From the human T2T-CHM13v2.0 reference genome, Homo sapiens, in the NCBI RefSeq assembly GCF_009914755.1, contig NC_060931.1: 64,000 nt of DNA; one strand, 5' to 3'. The first letter of the stretch is position 1, and each line of letters opens with the position of its first letter. The notes beneath the pieces were generated by a model. That model had not been told where the DNA came from and did not search any database. It saw nothing but the letters and a program-made list of their open reading frames with translations. Made by a program: the position numbers and the translations under genes. Shown one piece after another: positions 14,075-26,703 of the stretch.

Positions 14075-16298
14075 TATATTAGTCTGTTCTCATGTTGCTA
14101 ATAAAGACATACCTGAGACTGGGTAAATTTATAAAGGAAAGAGGTTTAATTGACTCACAGTTCCACATGGCTGGGGAGACCTCATAATTATGGCTGAAGG
14201 CAGTGGAGGAGCAAAGGAACGTCTTACATGATGGCAGGCAAGAGAGTGTGTGCAGGGGAACTGTCCTTCATGAAACCATCAGATCTCATGAGATATATTC
14301 ACTATCATGAGAATAGCATGGGAAAAACCTGCCCCCATGATTCAATTACCTCTCACTGGGTCTCCCATGACAGGTAGAGATTAGGAGAGCTACAATTTAA
14401 GATGAGATTTGGGTGGCGACAAACCCAAACCATAGTATTCCACTCCTGGCCCCTCCCAAATCTCATGTCCTCACCTTACAAAAACAATCATGTCTTCCCA
14501 ACAGTCCCCCAAAACCTTAGCTCATTTCAGTATTAACTCAAAAGTCCACAGTCCAAAGTATCCTCTGAGACAAAACCAGTCCCTTCTGCCTATGAACCTA
14601 TAAAATTAAAAGCAAGTTAGCTACTTCCTAGATTCAATGGGGATACAGGCATTGGGTAAATACACTCATTCCAAATGGGAGAAATTGCTAAAACAAAGGG
14701 CTACAGCCCCCATGCAAGTCTAAAATCCAATACGGCAGTCATTAAACCTCAAAGTTCCAAAAGAATCTGCTTTGACTCATGTCTCACATCCAGAGCATGC
14801 TTATGAGAGAGGTGGGCTCCCATAGCCTTGGGCAGCTCCACTCCTATGGTTTTGCAGGGTACAGCCCTGCTTCCAGCTGCTTTTACGGGGTGGTGTTGAG
14901 TGTCTGCAGCTTTCCCAGAACGGTGCAAGCTGTCAGTGGATCTACCATTCTGGGGTCTGGAGGATGGTGGCCCTCTTCTCACAGCTCTACTAGGCAGTTC
15001 CTCAGTGAGGACTAAGCCTACATTTCCCTTCTGCAGTGCCTTATCAGAGGTTCTCCATGAGGGTCCTACCCCTGCAACAAATTTCTGCCTGGGCATTCAG
15101 GTGTTTCTGTACATCCTCTGAAATCTAGGTGGAGATTCCCAAACCTCAATTCTTGACTTCAGTGCACCTGCAGACTCAACTCCACATGGAAGCTGCCAAG
15201 GCTTGGGGCTTGCACCTTCTGAAGCAATGTCCTGAGCTATATCTTGGGCCCTTTTAGCCAAGGATAGAACACCTGGGATGCAGGGCACCAAGTCCCTAGG
15301 CTGCACAGAGCAGTGGGGGCCCTGGGCCTGGACCAGGAAGCCATTTTTTCATCCTAGGCCTCCAGGCTTGTGATGGGGGGGGCCTGCCGTGAAGTTCTCT
15401 GACATGCCCTGGAGACAATTTCTTCATTTTCTTGGTGATTAACATTCAGTTCCTTGTTACTTAAGCAAATTTCTGCAGCATGCTTGAATTTCTTCCCAGA
15501 ACATGGGTTTTTCTTTTCTTTTTTACTGCATTGTCAGGCTGCAAATTTTCCCAAAATTTCTTCCACCAGATACCTTAAATCATCTCTCTCGAGTTCAAAG
15601 TTCCACAGATCTCTAGGGCAGGTGCATAGTGCCACCAGCCTCTTTGTTAAAGAATAACAAGAGTCACCTTTGCTCCAGTTCCCAACGGGTTCCTCATTTC
15701 CATCTGAAACCACCTCAGCCTGGACTTTATTGTCCATAACACTATCAGCATTTTGGTCAAAGCCATTCAACAAGTCTCTAGGAAGTTCCAAATGTTCCCA
15801 CATCTTCTTATCTTTGTCTGAGCCCTCCAAACTCTTCCAGCCTCTGCCTGTTACCCAGTTCCAAAGTTTCTTCCACATTTTCAGGTATCTTTACAGCAGT
15901 GCCTCACTCCTGGTGCCAATTTAGTGTATTAGTCTTTTCTCATGCTGCTAATAAAGACATACCTGAGACTAGGTAATTTATAAAGGAAAGAGGTTTAATG
16001 GACTCACAGTTCCACATGGCTGGGGAGGCCTCACAATCATGGCATGGCAGAGGCAAATGAGGAGCAATGTCACGTCTTACATGGGGGCAGGCAAGAGAGT
16101 GTGTGCAGGGGAGCTGCCCTTCATAAAACCATCAAATCTTTTGAGACTTATTCACTATCATAAGCATAGGAATAGCATAGGAAAAACTCGTCCCCATGAT
16201 TCAATTACCTTCCACTGGGTCCCTCCCACAACACATGGGGATTATGGGAGCTACAATTCAAGGTGAGATTTGGGTGGGGACACAGCCAAACCACATCA
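14075..16298 (-). mobile_element. THE1B (ERVL-MaLR) provirus: LTR 14075-14437, internal 14438-15924, LTR 15925-16298
   Basis: Two direct ~363/374-bp LTRs (tRtattagtc...aaacca..a) with THE1B text gctaataaagacatacctgagact; internal region is antisense THE1-int; ORFs 14749-15306 and 15534-15878 (-) are typical MaLR-internal remnants. Confidence 0.95.
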
Positions 16299-16530
16299 GG
16301 GAAGGATTGGGCAGTGGGGTGAGGGTGTGGATATAAGATAACAGGGAATTTTTCCCAAACCAATACTTCTGTCACTGGCTACCAATGTGTGACATCTGAA
16401 TCCTAATTGCTCCATAGTAAATGGAAATCAAAATTCCACATTCACTAAAGTGAATAGAAAAACTATTCTAAGTTAGGGAGCAACATATGTATTTACATTG
16501 TTATACTTGTATAACCAGAAAGCAAGACAT

Positions 16531-16565
16531 TGCCACCATCTGGAGGGAGCTGTTATTAATTGCAG
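16531..16565 (-). promoter_or_regulatory. Candidate CTCF site (core plus upstream motif)
   Basis: Minus strand cTGCAATtaataacagctcCCTCCAGATGGTGGCA: core resembles CCASYAGRKGGCRS, and TGCAAT starts 18 nt before the core. Confidence 0.55.
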
Positions 16566-16949
16566 GTTCACCGTCTCAGAGATGAAACCAGTTTCTGAAG
16601 TTTCCTAAACGCATACCTAGAAAAATCTGTGATATTTGGTGGTGTTGAATATTACTCACATTGAAGGAATTTTAAAATGTTGTGAAGGTAAGTTCTCCTA
16701 CATATAAGCAAAATTATGATACACTTGAGGGCAGGGACAATGTTTTATTTTTAAATTATTCCTATATGTATCCAAGTAATGCATGTATATTACTTAGAAA
16801 GGAAAGTACCTACTTAGCTCAGTCATCAATATTTCCAAGACTCCTACAAACTTTTGTCACTTTATATATCTAAGTAATGTGCTTATACATCTTATTCATC
16901 AGATTTAGATGTTAAATTTACTTCCTATTAGAAAAGTTAAAGATAGCTG

Positions 16950-17895
16950 TGTCTGCTTCTCTTCCCTCCAGTTGTTTAAATCAATACTCAACATTCACAT
17001 TATTATAGTTGTGTAAATATTGTTTCCTGCTCAAATATATATAGTTTGTAATTTTTGGTTCAGTTTTCCTGTAATTAATAATGGCTGTTTCTCCTTTGCT
17101 TACGTTTCTATATCATTTTACCAAAATTGTCATTAAAATTATAAAATATTTTATAAAAATTCAAATATATTAAAATTATCTCCCCTCCTTTTTTCTTGGA
17201 AATATTCCTTTGGAGTTTATCATCTTTTTGCTCCAGTGTGAGCTTGGGTGCTCCCTAGTTTCTGAAAAGTTGTCCTCTGGGACTTCCCTGTTAACACCCT
17301 TCTGGATGGAGCTCCTGTGTCCTGTGTCAGGGTTTTCCTCTTTGCTGGTGTATACCTTCATTTAGTACGGGCTGCACATCTTTCTTTAGTTTCTCTAAAA
17401 GAGGACATGGGATTTTGTATGTTTAAAATGATTTTTATTTTATTCCCAATAACTGTGCCTGCATGAACAATTATAAGTGAGATAATGGGTTGTTATTCAG
17501 AAGCATGATCCTATTTGGTCTGTCAAATTTTGTATATAGTTTTTGTTCCAATGAAATCCTTTAGAATACTTTATCATTCATCTTCTGGAATTTTATAGTG
17601 ATGAGACCTAAAATAAGTTTGTTTTCATTTATTGTGCCAAATGCCAGACAATAACTCACATTTTTTCCCCCTTCACTTCTGGGAAACTTTCTTCTTTGAA
17701 TATTATTTTAGAGATACATTGCTTTTTTTCCTTTTCCTTCACAAAATCCTGAGAGGCTGAACCTTTTGGATTGTTATTCTTGTTTTCTTACCTATTTTTG
17801 TCTGGTCTCCATTTTTTTTCAACTTTCTGGGCGATTTTCTCAATTTTTATTCCCAGCATTTTTATTATTTAATTATTTCTGCTGTTGTTTCTGGA
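16950..17895 (-). mobile_element. HAL1-like fragment
   Basis: tttcttggaaatattcctttggag...tgtcctctgggacttccct...tataccttcatttag resembles antisense HAL1. Confidence 0.5.
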
Positions 17896-17904
17896 TCCTT
17901 TATA

Positions 17905-19600
17905 AGTTTTTACTGAAGTATAAAATATATAAATCATAAGTGTAACAGTTCAAAGAATAATCACAAAGACAGCATGTTACCACTACCAAGTCAAGAAATG
18001 AAATGCCCCTTATCTCCCTTTCAATCTCTACCCCTTCCCCCATTCTCAAAGGTAATCACCATCCTAACTTCTAATACCATAGGCTAGCTTTGCTTGTTTT
18101 AAACTTCATAGTAATAGAGTCACTTCCTTCTTACTCTTTTGAGTCTGGTTTATTTTATCTAATTTACATTTATAAACATATTATGTTATATTTGTATGTT
18201 TATAATTATAAATTTCATTTGTATTTACATATTTTATTGTTTGTAAATTGCACATTGTTATTCCATCTAGCAGGGGTTGGTTCATTTTCATTGCTTTATA
18301 ATATTACTCCATAGTGTACAAATATAATTTATATATTCATTCTACAGTTGATAAACTCGGGGTTTCCAGGGTTGTGTATTATGAATAATGCTGCTATCAA
18401 TATTTTTGCTTATGCATTTTTGTACATGTATGATGCACTTCTAAGAGTGGCATTGCCGGGTTTAAATGTGTAAGTCTACATTTTGCGAATACTACCCATG
18501 AGTTTCCAAAATTCTTGCAGAAGTCTCCACTTCCTTCTATAGTTTATGAGACTTCTAGATGCTCCATATTCTTTTAACATGTATTATTGGCAGTCCTTTA
18601 AACTTTAGCCTATTTGTAGGTGTGTGATGCCGTTTTTAAATGCTTTAAATTTTCAATTCCCAGATGACTGATGAAATTGAAAACCTCTTCATACATTTAT
18701 TGGCCATTTGGGTATCTTCTTTCTTGACATGAGCCATTTTTTCTATCTTTTCTCATTTTTCTATTAGATTATATGTCTTTTTCATATTGATATGCCAGTA
18801 TTTTTATATACTCTCATTATGACTCTTTTATCCATTAAATGTATTACAGTTATATTCTCTGATTTCTTTTATTCTCTCCTAATGGATTCTTTGGTTGAAC
18901 AGAAATTCTTAATTTTAATGCAGTTAATAAATCATTTAGTTATTTATTTCTACTTTAGTGCTATTTCATCTTAGAAAATTTCAACTATTCTAAATTCATG
19001 GAGATTTTTTGTCTTCCAGAAGTTCTTTGATTTTATATTTCCTATTTAGAATATCAACACACATGCAATTGATTTTCGTGTAAGGTATGAGTTAGCAGAC
19101 CACCTTTGTTATTTTTGTGTTATATATTTACAGTGAAACATGATTATCAAAAAGAACATTCATTCTGCACTGCACTGTAGCATCAGATATATAACAAATT
19201 ATATGTCTCCATTTGTGCACGACTGTTCTAGACTCCCGTATTCCTCCAAACCATGCATCTATCCTTGTGTCAGCACCTCAATACTTTAATTATTGTACAC
19301 TATTTTAAGTCTTGACATCTAACTGTGTAACTTCTCTTTAAGATAATGCTGACTATTCTTGGCAGTTTGCATTTCTACATAAATTTTAGAATTGACATTT
19401 CCCCAAACCTTGATGTTTGATTTGGGTTATTTCAAACCTATATGTCAACTTGGGGAAACTTAACAGTATGTAATCTCCCAGTTCATAAATATGTGTATCT
19501 CCACATTTACTGGTGACTACCTTAGTTTCTTTGATTAATGTTTTGTAGATCTACTATGTTGAGATCTTATCTTGCACATTTATTATAAGATTTATTGCCT
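17905..19600 (-). mobile_element. L1ME/L1MD 3' end and ORF2 fragments
   Basis: ttttactgaagtataaaata...aaaggtaatcaccatcctaacttctaataccatag...atttattggccatttgggtatcttc. Confidence 0.75.
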
Positions 19601-19611
19601 AATGGTTATTT

Positions 19612-19944
19612 TTTTCAATTCTTTTATTTTGGTAACATACACACAACATAGAATTTACCACATTACCCATTTTAAGTGTACAGTTTAGTTGTAGTAAATA
19701 CATTCCTAACGTTAGGCAATCATCAGCACCATGTATCTCTTGAACTATTTTAGCTTATAAAACTCAAACTCTATATTCATTAAACTATAATTCCCCATTC
19801 TTTCTTCCTTACATCAGCTGGCAATCAACATACTACTTTCTGTCTCTATAATTTTGTCTATTCGAAGTACCTCGTGTAAGTGCAATCGTATAACTTTGTC
19901 TTTTCGAGACTGGCTTATTTCACTTAGCATAACATCCTCAAGGT
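19612..19944 (-). mobile_element. L1MB (L1MB3/4-like) 3' end, 5'-truncated
   Basis: ttttaagtgtacagtttag...gtacctcgtgtaagtgcaatc...gactggcttatttcacttagcataac; TSD-like tggttattt (19603) / tggttactt (19945). Confidence 0.8.
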
Positions 19945-21119
19945 TGGTTACTTCTATTTTTTCTAAATGAACCAAAATATTCTAAATTTTCTAGTGCTGT
20001 TATTAGAAGTTGATCATTTTATTCCTTTGTTTGGATTGAGAAATGAGAGATACCTCCCTCCTTCCATCCCACTCATCTTCTCAACAAATCTTACTTCTTA
20101 TAAATAACTGCTTTTAAGGGCCAGAAACCTCTAAGTTGTCTAAGAACAAACAGAATCGTCTAAGAATAAAACAGAATAAGGCAAGGACATGAAACTCTTG
20201 TGGGGCCTCTAGTCCTCCTGCTTCAATAGATATCTCAGCTTGTAGATATCAGGTTCATCCAAGGAAGCTGGTTACAAAAGCTTGGCCTAACTTTATTTCA
20301 AGGGCTGTTATTGTTCTTCTTTTCCTTCTCTCTTCCTTCTAACTCTTCATCTCTTGCTTTACTGCTCTCTTTCTACATCCTGTCTGTCTCTGTCTGTGTC
20401 TCTTATCTTCAAACTCAGCTTGTTTAGTTGAAAATAGTTAATGCACATGTTTGGAACTTATTTCTTCTGCCTTAACGATACTTCTGAAGTTCAGACAATA
20501 ATTCCAAAAGGGCACAATAATGATAATAAAAGACATGAGTGAGTCCAAACATACTTTAAAAATGTACTTTTTATTTCCATTGCATGAAACAAAAAATGAA
20601 ATGCATGTGTAATGGAATATATAATTTATATAAGAATGTCATGCTATATATATTTGCACTAAAATCAGTGTTTAAAGGCCAAGCAAAATATAAAATCAAC
20701 TAAGAACTCTCCCAAAGTCTGACTTTCCAGCAGGAATCCAGGACAATCTCCTTATTTTCTGTGGCTCCACATGGATCCACAGTTCAATGCCACACCATTT
20801 ATGAGCAAATAATCTTTCAATTACTGCACTGTAAAATTTTTAAGGTGTTGACCATAAAAATTGCTAGTAGAATTATTCAATTTAAAGAACATATCTGGTG
20901 ATGATAGGTCCAAGTGGCTTATTTTCTACTGTATTGTAAATATTTTCACAACCATATTTCCCTTTAAATTTGTTTTCTTACATATGTTTTCAGCTCATAA
21001 TTCGTCCTCATCCTTAATTCCATCTAAAATAACAGTTTGTTTTCCAAATTACTGGTTTTTATCATTTTGCTAAACAGTTTTATTGCTTCTCTATAACATT
21101 TTGAAAATTTGGTTTTAGC

Positions 21120-22590
21120 CTTTAATTTTTAGGCTTTATTGAGTTGTAATAGACAAAAACTTCATTTATTTACAGTGTACAACATGATGTTTTGATAAAT
21201 GTATACAATATGAAATGATCACCACAACCAAGCCAAATAACATATTCATCACTTCACATAGTTATATTTTTCTTTCTTTCTGTGGTGAGAACATTTATGG
21301 AAAAGATTGTTCTTTCCCCATTGTGCATTTTTGGCATCTTTGTTAAAGAACAGTTGCCCATAAATATGTACATTTCTTGGTGCTCTCTGTATGCTCCATT
21401 TATGTACATGTATTTTTTTATGCCCGTACCATGTTGTTTTGATTGTCAAAATTTTGTATTATATTATATCTTAAAGTCAGGTGTTGTGAAGACTCCACAT
21501 TGTTCATTGTGTTTGAGATTGCTTTGGCTGTTCAGGATCTTTTGTTATTCCATATGAGTTTTTTGATTGTTTTTTCTATTTCTGTAAAAAATGCCACTGG
21601 AGTTTTGATAAGGTTTGCATTAATTATTTTGTCACTGTAGGTAGTATGGACATCTTACCAATATTAATTCTTCCAATCCATGAATATGGAATGTCTTTCC
21701 ATTTAATTGTGTCTTCTTCAATTTCTTTCAACATTTTAATTTTCAGTGTATGGATGTTTCACCTAATAGGTTAAATTTATTCCACGATTTATCTTACTGC
21801 TGTTGTAAATGAGATTGCTTTCTTGATTTCTTTTTTGGATAGCTCATTGTTAGGATATAGAAACCGTACTAATTTTTGTACATCATTTTGTATTCGGTAA
21901 CTTTACTGAATTGTTTATTAGTCTTAACGGATTTTTGGTAAAGGCTTTAAGGTTTCCTATATATAAAATCATGTCATCTACAAACAGTTTGGGATAATTT
22001 TACTTCTTCTTTGCCTATTAGAATGCCTTTTATTTATTTTTTTTCTTACTTCCTCCGGCTAGGACCTTCGGACTATCTTGAGTAGAAGTGGCTCCTTGTC
22101 TTGTTCCTGATCTTAGAAGAAAAGCTTTCAGCTTTTCACCACTGAATATGATAATAGCCATGGACTTACCATATATGGCCTTTATTATGTTGAGTTACAT
22201 TCCTCTATACCTAATTCATTAAAATGTTTACCACAAAGGCACATTGGATTTTGTCAAATGCTTTTTCTGTATCTGTTTAGATAATCGTAAAATTTTTGTC
22301 CTTTTTTTCCGTTAATGAAGTATGTCACATTTACTGATTTACATATGTAAAATATTCTTGCATCCCAAGGATAAATCCTGCTTGATTATATTATCCTTTT
22401 AATGTGCTGTTAAATCAGTTTGCTAGTATTTTGTTGAGGATTTTTGCATATTTGCTATTTGCATATTTGCATATAGCCTGTAATTTTTTTCTTTACTGTC
22501 CTAGTCTGGCTTTAGTATCTGAATAATACTGGCCTTGTAAAATAAGTTTGACAGTGTTTGAGAAGGATTAGCAGTAATTCTTTTTAGAAT
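21120..22590 (-). mobile_element. L1MA9-like element with a large internal deletion at ~21297
   Basis: ctttattgagttgtaatagacaaaa...gtggtgagaacattta (3'UTR) joined directly to ORF2 text tggaaaagattgttctttccccattgtg. Confidence 0.8.
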
Positions 22591-22599
22591 TTAGTAATT

Positions 22600-24860
22600 T
22601 TTTTAGAAACCACTATAGTCCCTTTTTATAGCTGCTGCACTATTTTATATTCTCACCAACAGCAAACAAAGCTTCTAGTTACTCCACATCCTCATCAACA
22701 TTTTCTGTCTTTTGATAGTAGCCATCCAAATGAGCGTGAAGTGGTATCTCATTGTAGTTTTGATTTGCATTTACCTAATGATTATCAATAGTGAGTATTT
22801 TTTAATGTGCCTTTGGCATTTGTGTATATTCTTTGGAGAAATGGCTATGCAACTCCTTTGCCTATATTTGAATTGAGTTTTTGTTGTTCTTTTTGAGTTG
22901 TAGATGCTCCCTATATATTCTGGATATTAATCCCTTATCAGGTATATGGTTTGCAAATATTTTCTACCATTCTGCGTATTGCCTTTTTAGTCTATTGAGT
23001 CTTTCAGTGCACAAATTGACTTAAAGTTTTGTTAAGTCCAGTTTGTCACTTTTTTTGTTGTGCTATGGTGTCATATTCAAGTAATCATTGCCAATGTCAA
23101 TGTCATGAAGATTTTGCCCTATGTTTTCTTCCAAGATTGTTGTAATTTTTGCTCTGATATTTAGGCGTTTATTTTGAATTAATTTTTGTAAATGGTCTTA
23201 TCTAAAGGTCTAAATTAATTCTTTTGCATGTGGATATACGATTTCTGAGCAGCGTTCATCGAAAAGACTTTTCCCATTGAATGTTATTGACACGCTTCTC
23301 AAAAATCACTTAACTATATATGTGAGGGTTTATTTATGGGCTATCTATTCATTCTATAGGTCTATATGTCTATATGCCAGTAGCACTCTCTTTTGATTAC
23401 TGCATCTTTGTCGTAAGTTTTGAAATTAAGAAAGTGGGAGTCCTCCATCTTTGTTCTTCATTTTTAAGATTGTTTTGCCTATTTGGGTTCCACTGAAATT
23501 TCCTAAGAATTTTAGCATGAGTTATTTTTATTTCTTCAAATTAATCATTGATTTTGTGATAGGGATTACACTGAATATGTAGGTTGCTTTGGTTAGTATT
23601 TACTCTTAATATTAAGCCTTCCAGTCCTTGAATGTGTAATATATTTCTATTATTTATGTCTTCATTAACTTCTTTTAGCAGTGTTAGTTGTTATTGTTCA
23701 AGATTTTAGTTATTTTGTTAAATGAATGCCTAAGGATTTTACTCTTTATGATACTAATGTAAATAAGATAGTTTTCTTAATTTTCTTTTCAGGTTTTTAT
23801 ATGTAGTATAAAAATACAACAGATTTTTGCAGTTCACTTTGTATCCTGCTGTTTTGATTAATTCATTTAGTTCTAAGAGTTTTTGTGTGAAGTCTTTAGG
23901 GTTTTCTACATATAAGATTGCATCATCTGCAAACAGATCATTTAACTTTTTTCCAATTTGGATGCATTTTATGTCTTTTTCTTGCCTACTTGCTCTGGCT
24001 AGAACTTCCAATACTTACAGCCTTTCACCTTTGAGAATGATTTCAGTGTGCATTTTTTTCATATATGTATTTTATTATGTTGAGGTAGTTCTCTTCTATT
24101 TCGACTTTGAGAGTTTTTACCAAGAAAGAGCATTCAATTCTGTCAAATGCTTTTCCTGCATTAGTTGGGATAATGACACGTTTTTTTCCCCTTAATTCTG
24201 TTAATGTGATGTATTACACTGAGGAATTTTCACGTTAGACCATCCCTGTGTTCCATGAATAAATCTCCATTTGGGTATGGTGTGGAATCCTTTCAATATG
24301 CTGCTGAATTTGGTTTGTTAGTATTTTGTTGAGGATTTTTACATCAATGTTCACAAGATTTAGTGGTTTGCAGGTTTTTTTTTTTCAGTGTTCATACATG
24401 ACTCATGGCTTTGGTATCAGGGTAATGTTAACTTCATAGAATGTGGTTGGAAGTTCTCTCTCATTTTGGAAGGATTAGTGTCCTCAAATGTTTGCTAGAA
24501 TTTACCAGCAAAGCCATCGGGTCCAAGGGCTTCCCCCTACACCCGCCCCCCGCTGGAGATTTTTGATTACTGATTCAACCTTCTCACTAGTTATAGGTCT
24601 ATTCAGTTTTCTATTTCTTTATAATTTAGTCTTGGTAGCTTTTGTGTTTCTGGAAATTTGCCAATTTTATCTAGTTTATTCAATTTGTTGAAATATAATT
24701 GTTCATACCACTCACTTATAATCCTCTTTGTTTCTGTATTGTTGTTAGTAATGTCTCCACTTGATTTCTGATTTTAGTGATTTGAGTCTTCTATTTTTTT
24801 CTTAGTATATTTAACTAAAGGTATGTTAATCTTTTGATCTTTTCAAAGCACCAACTTTCT
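22600..24860 (-). mobile_element. Old L1M (L1MB-like) ORF2 region
   Basis: Antisense ORF2; ORF 23754-24011 (-) has the RT motif [15 protein letters not shown]. Confidence 0.85.
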
Positions 24861-25889
24861 TAAAAATGAGACTGTATTTTACTGATGGCATAAGGGAGAG
24901 ATATTAACACGGCTTTTTGATAAGTGAAGAGGAAACCAGGGGTCCCAATAGGTCCTTATGTAGATTTTCAACCAAATGTCTCATTTTCAACTCTATCCTT
25001 CACCAATCCACTGGGATTTTAATATTGCTAATATGAATTGAATGCTTTTACAATGGAGCTATGGAAATAGACAAATTAATGTTTCGAGTACACCAAATTT
25101 CCATAGAACTCAACTGTGTCCTTTTTGTCTTTGTATTTTCATCACCTAAGCTCAATGCCTAGTATAGGTTGAAGTTATTTTGTTGATTGAATAAATTTAA
25201 CAAACTAGAAATAGTTTTTTAAAAAATTAAAAAAGTTTTACAGAATAATTAAAATTGTATATTTATATAAGCACTTGTATTTCACCCCACATAATAAATA
25301 TTGTTAGGTAAATTGTAGGGACTATTTAATAATATATATTTCACTGTATAAATTATGAGTCTTCACTACCATAAACAAAAAATTTACTGAGAATGCCAAA
25401 TTAAAGTTCTGGGCTTTGTCAAAAATAATGTAGGCAAATTATGGAAAAACAGTGCAGACAAATTCTTGGCAGTTTTAGTGAATCAAAAACATAGCCTACG
25501 AATCCATTATGTGACTACTACCTAATAGAGCTATCAGAGGGACTGCAAATGGAGGAAGCAGAGCCAGGAATATAACAAGTTACTACTCTAATACTGAGCA
25601 GAAGCACGTCAATATTACTGCACAGTCCAGAGCAGAAGTTCAACGGGGTCCCACGTTTTGGTTTGTCAGCTGTAATTTTTGTAACAGAGGTAGTTGACAT
25701 CATTATATTTGTTTTCTTATTTCCTTAAATATCATTGAAGCAAGGATATTAAAATACTTTTAGCCCTGGAAAGAGTAACATTCTACCTAGGTTGAAATCT
25801 TATTCTAGCCTGATGCCACGTTAGGTAGAACTGGGGTAAAGTATTAGAATGTGAACGCTAGATAATTGATACAACTTGAGCTAGGCACT

Positions 25890-26070
25890 AGGGAGGCATT
25901 GGACTGTGGTGAAAAGGACACAGGTTCTGAAATTAGTCACACCTGAGCTTAAACACTGCATGGGCCACTTACTAATTGTATGAGCTTGGCCATTTTAGTG
26001 TTAGCATTGAGATGGGATTGTGATATTCACTTAAGAACAATGTTCGTGAAATCAACACAGCACATAGTTC
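25890..26070 (+). mobile_element. MIR fragment
   Basis: gtggtgaaaaggacacaggttctg...gccacttactaattgtatgagcttggcca. Confidence 0.6.
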
Positions 26071-26199
26071 GCTTTAGCTTCTTCTCTTACTACTCAGTTC
26101 ACCCCTAATGTATTCTCCTGCCACACAAAATTCTAATATTTATTCAATATTTCAAGTATTATTTTACCTGTAGATTAATTTTTTTTCCTTCCCTGCATG

Positions 26200-26485
26200 T
26201 AACTTTGCCTGGTTAACTCTTACTATTTCTTGAGGTCTCAATTAAATGTCACTCTCTCTGAGAAACTTCCATAAGCATCCAGACGGATCAGTGCCCGTTC
26301 GCTCTGTATTCTCACAGAACCACAATCAAGCCACTTATCCCATGTATTAAAACTGCCTATTAACTTGTCTATCTTTTTTACTACGTTACATGATAGTAGT
26401 GACTATGTCTTTTTTATTGCTAAATCTCCAGTGCCTGTTACTAAGAGGGAAGTCTATAAAACATACTGAGCGAATGACTAAATGT
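26200..26485 (+). mobile_element. L2 3' end
   Basis: ttgcctggttaactcttac...aggtctcaattaaatgtcact...ctccagtgcct...tgagcgaatgactaaatg. Confidence 0.7.
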
Positions 26486-26703
26486 TTACTGGGGATTCAG
26501 CCATAAACATCGCACAACTGATAAGTACAATTTTTGGTTTAATGGATATAGCTTTCCAGAGATGGAAGAATACATTAAATAAGTAATTACAAAATGGGTC
26601 ACTGAGTTACAGTTATTATAGGTGCTACAAAGAAAAGTAACAATAGAAATAAAAGCATGTAACATGGGATCTTCACCAAATTATGACTGGAAAATTGTGA
26701 GTC

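Noticed and set aside
14167-16028. PRDM9 hotspot 13-mer (CCTCCCTNNCCAC) in the THE1B LTRs
   Set aside because: The sites read TCTCCCCAGCCAT (14167-14179) and CCTCCCCAGCCAT (16016-16028) on minus; both miss the key T and the final C
19612-24860. One L1MB split by later insertions
   Set aside because: The 19.6-kb 3' end appears to have its own TSD-like flanks (tggttaYtt), favouring separate insertions; not fully excluded
25518-25703. Coding exon in a relatively GC-richer unique patch
   Set aside because: No convincing polypyrimidine acceptor on either strand and no recognisable peptide
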